Below, in pieces: positions 21,968 to 32,601 of a DNA stretch of 64,000 nucleotides. Position 1 is the stretch's first letter; each line of letters begins with the position of its first letter. A program made the translations under genes and the position numbers. Origin of the DNA: Zygnema circumcarinatum SAG 698-1b (taxonomy: Eukaryota > Plantae > Zygnematophyceae); the NCBI GenBank assembly GCA_037447605.1, contig CM074816.1, positions 2,322,525 to 2,386,524 on the forward strand, read 5' to 3'. Below the pieces are notes generated by a model. The model worked only from the letters and a program-made list of their open reading frames with translations, was not told the DNA's origin and made no database searches.

Positions 21968-24338
21968 TGTTGGTGCAAGGACTCCTCCACTGCTGCCGGC
22001 TTCTCCACTCGCATCACCTTCCATCGGAGTTCGCGTTCCAATCGATGATGACATTTCCCAAACTCTCACATTCACTCATAGCCCATTTTACTCACAGAGT
22101 GAACCTCTCAGAATATGCACAGCGGAATAACAGAGAGAAAAGGATAGGAGAAAGCTCTCGGCTCTAAAACTCCTTAATAATGATCTTAACACCACAATTG
22201 AGAGACCCCCTCTCAACTAGCCCAATAAACTCAAAAGCCCACTACCTCGCAGCACAAGCAAGTGTAGTGTTAAGCAACACGAGCAACAGCTTCTCAGAGT
22301 CTACAATAGCTACGCTGGTGATCCAGAAGTTAAGATAACAACCATACAAAAACAACACACTATATACTATGTCACAACATCCGTGACACTACCATACAAC
22401 GAAGCTCGCTGTTGGTGCAAGGGGCAGCAAGAAAGGAAAGACACAAGGAAAGGGCAACACATGCCCTGGGTATCAGAGCTCAAAACTTTTCTTTTGCTTC
22501 TCCTTGGGGCACATACCGCTTCCGCCACGATATGCCTTCTCGTCCACCTCTCGCCAGGTGCGCACAGCGGACAACTAAACACCCCACCTACAAGTGCACT
22601 TCTTCAACTCCTCCATGGTCTCGGCTCCTCAACTCCACGCTCCTCCAATGATCTCCTCGTGTGGAGCAACACACCGCCCATACAATGGTCGCCTCCACTC
22701 ATCCACCACGTCAATCCAACACGAGGACTCACATGACAAATGATACAGTAGTAAGGAGAAAGCCCACGGCCCCAAAACTCCTTAAACTTCATGAGTGTAA
22801 TACAAGCTCTTCTAGGAAATCTACATAATCCCTTATGCTAGATTCTCCTCCTCTCATGAGCACTATCCTATCCTCTCATAGATAGCCTACACCCCAACTG
22901 CAGTAGCCAAGCACTACCTGCCTCCATGAACTCCTCCTCTACCTCAACACATGAGGGACACACCATCTAGCTTCTTCACTAAAGCTTAGCATGATGAGAG
23001 CTAGTTCCTTCACGACCTTCATACACAAGGCCGGACTCCTCTAGGCCTCAGCCTCTGCCTACTCTTCCTATACAACAACGGTCGAGCAGCATAACATTCA
23101 GAGAGAGTGAGTGAGTGAGAGAGCCAAGCTTGCTCCCTCTTAAACTATGGCGGCCGGCGTGACGTGACACCCGATGTCACGTCACAGGCGCACTAGCAAG
23201 CGCATGCATTCAACAGCCAGCAAGCCGTTCAACGGCCAGCTACGCGTTCAACAGCCAGCTACACGACTTCACGTAAACCTACGCCAGCACCGACCTACGC
23301 AAGGTCGTCCGTACTGTTCCGCCGCCCGGCCGTACACGTCCGCCGCCCAGCCGTACATATCCGCCGCCCGCTCAAGTGCTGACTCGGTCCCCTTCTGAGT
23401 TGACCTTGTCAGAGCCGCGGACCGCACAAAGGGTCCACGCAATGCCACGTGCCGCCTCCTCATTCGCCGCCGACATCTTCAGTCTCTCAACCGTCTTCCG
23501 CATCACGTCACGCCCGAAGACTGCGTCGCTATCTGCACGCTGGCGCGACCAATCATGTCGCTTCGTGCAGATCCGCCTCTCGCGCCAAATATCTTCGCGT
23601 CCATACGTTTCGCGTCGTCCGTACAGTCGCGCGCCGTCCGTACGGCCGCGCTCCTTTTCGGTCAAGCACATTCCGTGCACCCCCTTTGGTACGGTCTAAG
23701 CCTAAGCCGTAATTCTACGACCCTAGACCTTCCCTAGACCTGCCGTACCATGCCCTAACGATACGGGCACCCCCCATGTTCGGTCCTACACCAAACATGA
23801 CCATTCATACATGACATTGTCCCTATACCACCACATTGATGTCCCGGACAACATTCATGCTAGGAACTAAGTACCAATACCTTGATGTACTCCTATATTA
23901 TCATTGCAACATCAGGCTGAAAAGCAGGTCTGCAGTAGTTCCTTATCTCGAGATCGCGCCAAAGCGACGCCAAGAGCGGATGTTATGTTGCATGATGCTT
24001 CTAAAGTATACGCCGCCGCATGGAGGATACGTTCCGCGCTGTCGGTTGCCGCATAACATGGTCAGCGCCGCCGAAGAGACGCCGCAGGCCGCGCCGTGCC
24101 GAATGCTGTTCGCGTTGCCGCTGCCGCCACTTTTCGACTGCCGCAGCGGCAGCCGCCGCCATTAGCTGGTCGCCGCCATACTTTTCGATGCATATATGCC
24201 GCCGTCATTTTCGATTCCCCAGTCGCCGCGCCATCGACGCTTCATTAAAGCGCGCATCGCCGCTAAGTGGTATTGCCGGTCATAAAACACACAAAACCAA
24301 TTCCAAACGTAAAACATGCTAACTATCATACACTAACA
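21968..24338 (-). mobile_element. Solo LTR of the Copia-B family inserted in Copia-A gag
   Basis: Its ends match Copia-B LTR ends (reverse complement); TSD CTGCT (21963-21967, 24339-24343). Confidence 0.85.
22410..23903 (-). mobile_element. Probable solo LTR 'C' (1494 bp) inside the B-family solo LTR
   Basis: TG...CA ends. It shares the end ttgcaccaaca and the aaaactccttaa motif with the other LTRs. Flanks are TCGC/TTGC (4 bp, one mismatch). Confidence 0.6.
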
Positions 24339-24515
24339 CTGCTTAGCAGCTATGCATTTCTGCATCAAGCTATCATATTTTACAAAGTACTGAGTGAGTG
24401 TGTCCCCCTTCTCCATTTTGCATGCTCCTAATTCTGCATACAAATTTACAGGTAAACCACTTTCTGCTACTTCATAAACTGACTGCAAACTGCTCCACAT
24501 AGTTGCTGCACATTT

Positions 24516-27500
24516 TGTTAGTGTATGATAGTTAGCATGTTTTGTTGGAACATTAGTTTTGTGTGTTTGTGTTGTGTGTTTCCTTGGCGGCGGTGCGCGC
24601 CTAAGTTAGTAGGCGGCGGTACGGACATTTGGTCGGTGGAAGAGGATATACGCGCCGCAAGGAGTCGTAAGCGACGCAGGCGCAGCCACGCCACGCAATC
24701 GAAAGTGACGCGGGCGCTGACGCTGCCGCGGAGCCAATTGAAGATGGGCGCGACGCCAGCTGACCCGCGCCGCTGTAATCGGCGTGACGCGCTACGCGCC
24801 AACCTTTGGATTGAACGACTCGACTCTGACGCTGAGCGCGGCCAAAATGTCGGCCATTCATCATTATTGCACGGAGCTGCCGGGGATGTCGGTGGCGTGC
24901 GACGACGCTGAGTTTGACGCTGGGCCATCAATCTTGAGGCGGGCCAGATCCTACGGGCGCAAAGACGCGGATTAGCTAGAGGCCGAAGTCGGATCTCGAC
25001 GGAGGGAAACGTGACGGGATCTGTGTGAGCCGACGAGGATCCGACGGCGCAGGATGAGGATCGGGATAGGGCCCTTGCGGGCCGCTTGCCGATGTTGTGA
25101 GCTTCGTTGTACGGTAGTGTCACGGATGTTGTGACATAGTATATAGTGTGTTGTTTTTGTTTGGTTGTTTATCTTAACTTCTGGATCACCAGCGTAGCTA
25201 TTGTAGACTCTGAGAAGCTGTTGCTCGTGTTGCTTAACACTACACTTGCTTGTGCTGCGAGGTAGTGGGCTTTTGAGTTTATTGGGCTAGTTGAGAGAGG
25301 GTCTCTCAATTGTGGTGTTAAGATCATTATTAAGGAGTTTTAGAGCCGAGAGCTTTCTCCTATCCTTTTCTCTCTGTTATTCCGCTGTGCACTCGAGGTT
25401 CACTGCGAGTAAAATGGGCTATGAGTGAATGTGAGAGTTTGGGAAATGTCATCATCGATTGGAACGCGAACTCCGATGGAAGGTGATGCGAGTGGAGAAG
25501 CCGGCAGCAGTGGAGGAGTCCCTCCACCAACAAGTGGTATCAGAGCTCATGGTGACGCGGAGGACCACGTCAAGTTCAGCATACCGGCGTTCGATGGGCA
25601 GGATTACAAGGCATGGAGATGGAGGTTGGTGCCTTTGCTTGTGGGCAAAGGGTTGCTTGGGTACGTTGATGGCAGCATCAAGGCGCCGGAGTTACCGGTT
25701 GGAGCCTCAGCGGAGCAGCAGTCGGAGCACGACGTGGCGCTCGCACGATGGAAGGCCAAGGACAACAAAGCCCTGACGCAGATTGTTATGAGCGTAAGAG
25801 GAAGTCCATCCTCTATGCTGTATGATCTGAAAACCTCTCATGCTATGTGGAAGTGTCTAGAGGAGATGTATGATGTGAAAGACAATGTGACTATAGTCAG
25901 TCTTTACACTCAGCTAGGCAAGATGAAGATGACTTCAGAGGAGAAACTAGAAGCTTATATGGTCAGATTTGATGCATTGATGGAGAGGTTCATAGCCTTA
26001 GGGAAACCGTTAGATGCAGACCATAAGATAAGCCAGTTTCTAGGGGGTTTGCCCGGGAGATTCGAAGTTTCAGTGGCAGCCTTGAGGACAGTTCTGACCA
26101 ATACCTCTATGACGCTTGAACAAGTTAAGCGTAGGATAAAGGAGGAGGATTCGATTCAGGATGTCGGCGGCCAAGAAGAGAAGGTGCTCGCGTTGCACAC
26201 TCGACCGAATCGAAGAGGAGGAGGCGCCCCGAAGTCAGCCCGAGGAGAACGCTCGAATGTGACATGCTTCACATGTGGCAAGACCGGCCACTACTCCAGC
26301 GACTGTTTCAAGAACAAAAGCAGTCCAGAGAAGGGAGGAAACGCGACTTCATCCGGCAAGAAGGAGAAGAAGGCGTTCAGCGGCACTTGTTTCAAGTGCA
26401 AGAAGAGAGGTCACAAGAGTTCAGACTGCAAGGTAGCAGTTGAGAGCAACCTCATGCTGGCAGAGAATACTGAGCACGATTTTGTGGGAAGGATTCAGGC
26501 AGAGGACCTGAAGCGGCCGTGGCTGATTGACTCCGGCGCATCCACACATATGTGCGGGGACACATCGATGTTCTCCAAGCTCGACACCTTGGAGCAGACT
26601 CGCTCNNNNNNNNNNGGTATAAGGCATGAATTCTCAGCCCCCTATTCCCCACAGAGTAATGGAGCAGCTGAACGTGTGAATAGGACATTGGGGGACATGG
26701 CCAGGACCATGTTGATTGATTCCCCCTTTCCGGCTTCCTTTTGGGGAGAAGCAGTTTCTACGGCTGCTTACATTAGGAACAGATGTCCGTCTTCTGTTCT
26801 GAAAGACCAGGTCCCTGAGCAGATGTGGAGTGGGAGGAAGCCCACAGTTTCCCACCTGAGGACCTTTAGCGCGCGATGCTGGGCTGCACTGCCCAAGGCG
26901 CGGCAGAAGAAGAAATTCGACCCTCGAGCCGTGGAGGGCTACGTGCTCGGCTACAACACCAGCAGCCGCACCTACAGGGTTTGGAACCCTCGACTGAAGG
27001 AAGTTCTCCAGACGAGAGACATTACAGTTGATGAAGATAGTGTGGTTGAGCGTGTTGCAGACTCTCAGATCTTACCTCCGTCGAAGACCGACCTCGAGAT
27101 CGTGTACGAGGAGGGAGAAACAGTTGGAGAGAAGGGTGGTGCTGTGCAGGGTGCCAGCACGTCGGCAAATGAAGGAGCCGAGCCAGCGGCAGCGACAAGT
27201 GAGCCGGCTGATGATGGAGAGACGCCCGTGGAGGCGCATGCGGAGGAGCCGCACAGTTCAGCGGAGACGATTCCCCTTCACACTCACTCCAGTGGTGAAG
27301 AGGAGAACTCAGTGGAGACGGTCCCGCTTCACGCGCAAGATTCAGAGGATCTTGAAGCGGCCGAGAGGGAGGCAATGTTAGCGAACATGCCCCCAGGTTT
27401 TGTTCCCGGACTCTACTTCTACCCGAGAGGACGAAGTGCGAAGACAGTCCGGAGGAGCGGCCGAGACACGAGGCGACCAGATCGGTTTTCGCCTGGTACC

Positions 27501-29370
27501 AATCTGATCCAAGAGAGAGTGCCATCAGATTCAGCTGACCTTGTGGGAGTTGCCCACTGTTTCATTATTACAGAGCCACAGACCTTTGAGGAGGCGCACG
27601 AATGGAGTCGAGCGGCTTATGTTGGCGGGTTGCGACCGATAATAATGGGACAGCCCGACGAATCCATCGGAGATTGGAGTGAGCTGCCTCAAGGGGAGGC
27701 GAAGCATCGGGCTGCAAATGGGTCTTCAAAGTCAAGAGGAAGGCAGACGGAAGCGTGGATAGGTACAAGGCGCGGTTAGTGGCGAAAGGATACGGCCAGC
27801 AGTATGGGATTGACTACATGGAGACGTTCGCTCCAGTGGTAAAGTTCAATTCCCTGAGAGCCTTGATTTCCATTGCAGCGGCTGAAGGAATGCACGTCCA
27901 TCAATTGGACATCAAGACGGCATTTCTGTATGGTGATCTCACGGAAGAGATTTACATGGAGCAGCCGGAGGGGAAGGTCGTCCCCGGGAAGGAGCACCTA
28001 GTCTGTCGACTGGTGAAGAGCCTGTACGGCTTGAAGCAGGCGCCGAGAGTGTGGTACGAAAAGATTGACGATCTTTTGAGGAGGAATGACTTTGCTCGGT
28101 TTGAGACAGATCATTCAGTGTACCGTCAAGGAGAGGGGGCAGACATCATGTTCGTTGGGATCTATGTCGACGATCTCATCATGGTGAGCCTCTCCCTTGA
28201 AAGAATCAGATCTTTGAAGGAATTGCTTCAGGCAAATTTCAAAATGTCAGATCTGGGAGAGGCGCAGTATCTGCTGGGAATGCAGCTGAAGAGGGGGCAG
28301 GATGGAAGCTTGTTTCTATGTCAAAGGAAGTATGCTTCAGATGTGCTTGCCCGATTTCGAATGGAGGATGCTAGGCCGTGTTCCAGCCCCATGGAGATCG
28401 GCACTAGGCTTTCGAAGGAGATGTCACCTTCGTCGGATGCGGAGGCACAAAAGATGTTCGGAGTGCCATACAGATCCGCGATTGGGAGTCTAATGTACTT
28501 GATGATCGGAACGCGTCCGGACTTGGCGAAAGCGGTGAGCTCGGCCAGCCGATTCATGGAGAATCCGGGCCTCGAGCATTGGGAGGCAGTGAAGAGGATT
28601 TTCAGATATGTGAAGGGGACGCTCGATTATGGAATCAGGTATGAGAGGGGGCCAACCAGAGTGATTGGCTATACAGACTCAGATTGGGGAGGAGATGTCG
28701 ATACGTCACGCTCGACTTCGGGTTTCGTTTACCTGAATGGAGGAGGAGCGATTTCGTGGAGTTCCAAGTTGCAGGACTCGGTGGCGTTATCGAGCACGGA
28801 GGGCGAGTACATGGGTGCTTGTCATGCTTCGAAGGAAGGAGTGTGGTTCATGCAGTTCTTTGAAGAATGCAAGAGGGACCAACGACCGATTACCTTGTTT
28901 ACCGACAATCAATCATCGATTGCCCTGGTGGGGAACCCGGTGTTCCACAAGAGGACCAAGCACATTCGAGTGCAGTACCATTACGTACCGGAGTTGGTCG
29001 AGGAGGGCCTGATTGAGGTGAAGTTCGTAGGCACCAAGGAGCAGGCCGCAGATATGCTAACAAAGGGAGTTAGTGGGGAAACACTATTAGTCAACGGGAG
29101 GTTGATTGGGCTGGGGCCCGCGCAAAACTAGAAGTTCCAAAGAGGGGGATTGTTAGTGTATGATAGTTAGCATGTTTTGTTGGAACATTANNNNNNNNNN
29201 CTCTCTGTTATTCCGCTGTGCATATTCTGAGAGGTTCACTCTGTGAGTAAAATGGGCTATGAGTGAATGTGAGAGTTTGGGAAATGTCATCATCGATTGG
29301 AACGCGAACTCCGATGGAAGGTGATGCGAGTGGAGAAGCCGGCAGCAGTGGAGGAGTCCCTTCACCAACA
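24516..29370 (+). mobile_element. Ty1/Copia retrotransposon B, near full length
   Basis: 5' LTR 24516-25532, PBS 25535-25546, gag-pol 25446-29131 (two CCHC knuckles, DSGAS, YVDD, RNase H; one gap and frameshift(s) near 27600-27700), PPT AGAGGGGGAT, 3' LTR 29151-29370 (gapped), TSD CATTT. Confidence 0.93.
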
Positions 29371-30819
29371 CATTTTATGTCTAGCAGCATGGTGCCAGGA
29401 CCATTTCCTACTGACATAGCAATATAGCCTGCTGTTTTCTTATTGTTCACTTGCCATAGGTCGAAGACTTTCGTTTCCGCTGCGTTGGTTGGAGGAGGTG
29501 GTTCCGCGAACTCCCATCGACATACTTGAACAGGTTCTTTGTCTCCAGCATGTAAGTCATCCGCCACCTCCAATGTCTGTACTGGGTCCCTTCGAAGGTC
29601 GGGACCTTGAACCTGGGTTCCTCCTCGGAGGTTGCTCTGATACCACTGTTGTAAATTAAGGCCCGGTCCGTCTCACTCACTTCACTCACTGCCATGTTTG
29701 CAATCTGAATCAAGGAAAGCTCTCAAGTGCACACACTGAAAGATAACTGAAATCAAACGAGCAAAAAACACCGTAAGGAAATGTAAGGAGAAAGCACCCG
29801 GCCTCAAAACTCCTTAATAAAGTAAAGGAAGTTACAAGCACAAGTTTCAGCCCTCAGGCTTCTACTTCAGCTCTGACTAACTCCCGACCCCCTGCTGCCC
29901 ATACAGCCAGGCAACCGCACTTAGCAACACGAGCTAAGCTGCGGCTGTATTAGAATATCTATTACCNNNNNNNNNNTCCAGTGTCGACGCGGCCTATAGC
30001 CGCTCGCCACGTGGCCAGAGACTAATTCTGCGCGTTCCCACTACGAGACTAAGACTGTCGGTCAGTCCACATCCGGACCGAATCTCCTAAGGACCTTTGA
30101 CAACTGCTAAGGACCGTACGGTGTACAGTTCGGGGCTATACCCCTATTGTACACATCACATAGTTTGCATTGTGCTTAGTGGTAGTAACTCTTCGAACCT
30201 TATACCTTGGCTCGCGGTGCTGAGTGTAGAGGTCTGCTATATGGGCAGCAGTAGATAGGCGTGCTGGGCAGAGCATTAGGAATCAGCTGTGGGCTGAGTT
30301 TCAGAATAAAACCCTTTCCTATTTATTTAAGGAGTTTTGAGCCGGTGGGGCTTTCTCCTCGTACTTTACCTATTGGTGTCTTTACCTTCAGTTTTTCATT
30401 CTCTCTTTCCGGTGTGTGCATTGGGGGAGGTTTTGTTTGCTGAAGTGCAAGAATGTCTGAGAGTGAAGCGAGTGAAAGAGACCGGGCTCTAGTTTCCAAC
30501 ACTATTCCGCACACGCGGTAATCTATGATTCATGATTTGAGGCGGAATCTGATGATTCAATTTGTGGTGCTTTGAAAACTGTGCGCGTATCCTTCTGAAC
30601 CGAGTGCGCATACCCGTCCTGAGCCTCCCGCCGGGCGGTGCGCGCACACCCCTCCGAGGTGGCGAACAGTTCGCTGTCAGTAACGCGTCACAGCCCACGG
30701 GCGGATTGGCGGAGGGCCCATGGCGGGAACGCGGAACGGGGCTTCGGCAGTTCCGTTGAGATGTACAGGAAAAAAAAGCTGGGATCGTACGGACCGTACA
30801 CGTGATTGAGGCGACTGTA

Positions 30820-31601
30820 CAGTAGGGGGTCCTCATATTTTCTCCATGGTATTGGCCAAAAAGGGGCGAAAATATTGATTTTGCAAATATGAGGTTCGTG
30901 TTACCAATAGGCTTTCGGTACCATGTTAGAGTTCATGTTTGTCCGTACGTATCGTATCGTCTAATATCGTATCGTATCGTACTATATCTCTCAGTATCTA
31001 TCGTACCGTGCAGTATCGTATCGTATCGTACTATATCTCTCAGTATCTATCGTACCGTGCAGTATCGTATCGTCCAATATCATACCGTATCGTACCGTAT
31101 CGTGTCGTATCTATCGTACCGTATCGTATCGTATCGCATACACGTAGTTTTCCGCTCTTCGCGTTGTTCGTCTCATTGATGATGCTATAATTATCAATAG
31201 TGGAAGAGCACACCCATGATAAAATAAATGAGTGAGTTAATATTAGGCTGGGGGTTGACGGGCTTCCACGGCAATGAAACAAAACTGGGTGCCTTGTGCG
31301 ACTTGGAAGACGCTCAATACCAAAACACCGCTTAAAGTCAATATGCTTGCCGTGTAGATGGTTGATGTGGATGGTATATGGAGCAGACGAGGAGAGGAGC
31401 GAGCGCGTCTTACGGCGGACACCTGTGGGAAGATTCTACAACTCGTACGGCCAGTACGAATAGTACGGACAGTACGGACAGTACGGACAGTACGGATAAC
31501 ATTGAGTTACCGTACAAAAAGGTGGTTTCGGCAAAATCGGGGCGAATTTCTTGGGAGCGCACTGTACAGGGTGGAAAATATTATATGAGGACCCCCCACT
31601 G
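30820..31601. mobile_element. Tc1/mariner-like MITE, 782 bp, upstream of gene copy 2
   Basis: TIR CAGT(A/G)GGGGGTCCTCATAT, TA TSD, internal (GTATC)n tract. Confidence 0.8.
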
Positions 31602-31647
31602 TACCAAGTCGAGCGGCGGCGAGGATCCGATTCTGCAGCGAATCTCG

Positions 31648-31667
31648 CCACGTGGCATGCCACGTGT
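31648..31667. promoter_or_regulatory. Paired G-box/ABRE-like motif upstream of gene copy 2
   Basis: CCACGTGGCATGCCACGTGT, identical to the copy 1 promoter motif. Confidence 0.4.
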
Positions 31668-32601
31668 TGACCAGCGAATGGGGACGCCGCCCCGTCCCAT
31701 TGGCGCGAATGCGATTGGTCCGTAGCCCGCGGCCGCCCCTGGCCGGGTCTTTCGCGCGTCCGCGGGCGGCCGTGACGCTGTGCGGCCGCTGCATCTGTGA
31801 CGCCGTATGGCGCCGCTCACAGTCAAGAACTAGAAGGGACAAACTTTCGCTCTCAAACTTGAGAGATTCGGTTTGTCTTCGTGCGCTCTTAAAAAAACTT
31901 AAACCGAGGTCGAAACGTTCCAATGGCGGCGCGACGCGCCACGTGTGCAGACTGCGCTGTGCTTTTCCCCTGACCGCGGGCAGCCCGGACTGTCCGCGTC
32001 AGCCTCGTTGTCGTGTCAGCGGAGAGAGGCGGAGAGGGGAAGCCTCAGCTGGGAGTGGGAGACGAGACGGAGTGCGAGTGGGAGAGGGTGAGGGAGAGGG
32101 AGAGGAAGAGGGAGAGGGAGAGGGAGAGGGAGAGGGAGAGGGANNNNNNNNNNGAGAGGGAGTGGAAGAGGCAGCAGCTGGGAGAGGGGGAGGTAGGGGA
32201 GGGGGGGAGGAGGGGGAGGGAAAGTAGGAGAGGGAGAGCGAGGTGGAGGAGGTAAGGGAGGTATGGCGATGGAGAGGGGGTGAGAGACAGGGAGAGGGAG
32301 GGTGAGGAGTTAAGGGAGGGGGGGGCGAGGGGGCGGAGGTGAGGGATAGGGAGAGGGAGAGAGAAGAACGGTAGGAGAGAGGTCGGCGGAGGGAAACAGA
32401 GGTAGGGAAAGGAAGAGGAAGAGCGAGAGTGGGAGGGGAGTGGAGAAGGGGAAAAGAGACGGAGAGGGAGAGCGAGAAGGTGAAGGGGTAAGAGGAGAGG
32501 GAGAAACCAGCCCGTGGCCATTGGAGGCACGAGGACGCGTTTGGTGCATGGCAGGGGCGGCGTTGCGCGATAAAGCAACTACTTTCAGAGAGGAGAGAGA
32601 A

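Larger units (their letters stand above)
18819..30158 (-). mobile_element. Ty1/Copia retrotransposon A (disrupted)
   Basis: LTRs at 18819-19060+ and 29647-30158, TSD CATAG, iMet PBS TGGTATCAGAGC (29645-29634). Gag is split by inserts. ORF 21962-19071 has two CCHC knuckles, protease DSGAS, integrase DLCGP and the start of RT, truncated at the gap. Confidence 0.92.
17736..30501 (+). mobile_element. Solo LTR 'D' (TG...CA), split by nested insertions
   Basis: Starts TGTAGTGTACAATAGGGG, ends GTTTCCAACA, with 5-bp TSD CTATT (17731-17735, 30502-30506). Both ends resemble the Copia-A LTR. Removing it restores a spacer homologous to 310-350. Confidence 0.8.

Noticed and set aside
22468-22481. PBS-like GGTATCAGAGCTC inside LTR C
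   Set aside because: It is on the opposite strand to the LTR orientation, does not directly follow an LTR end, and no gag follows.
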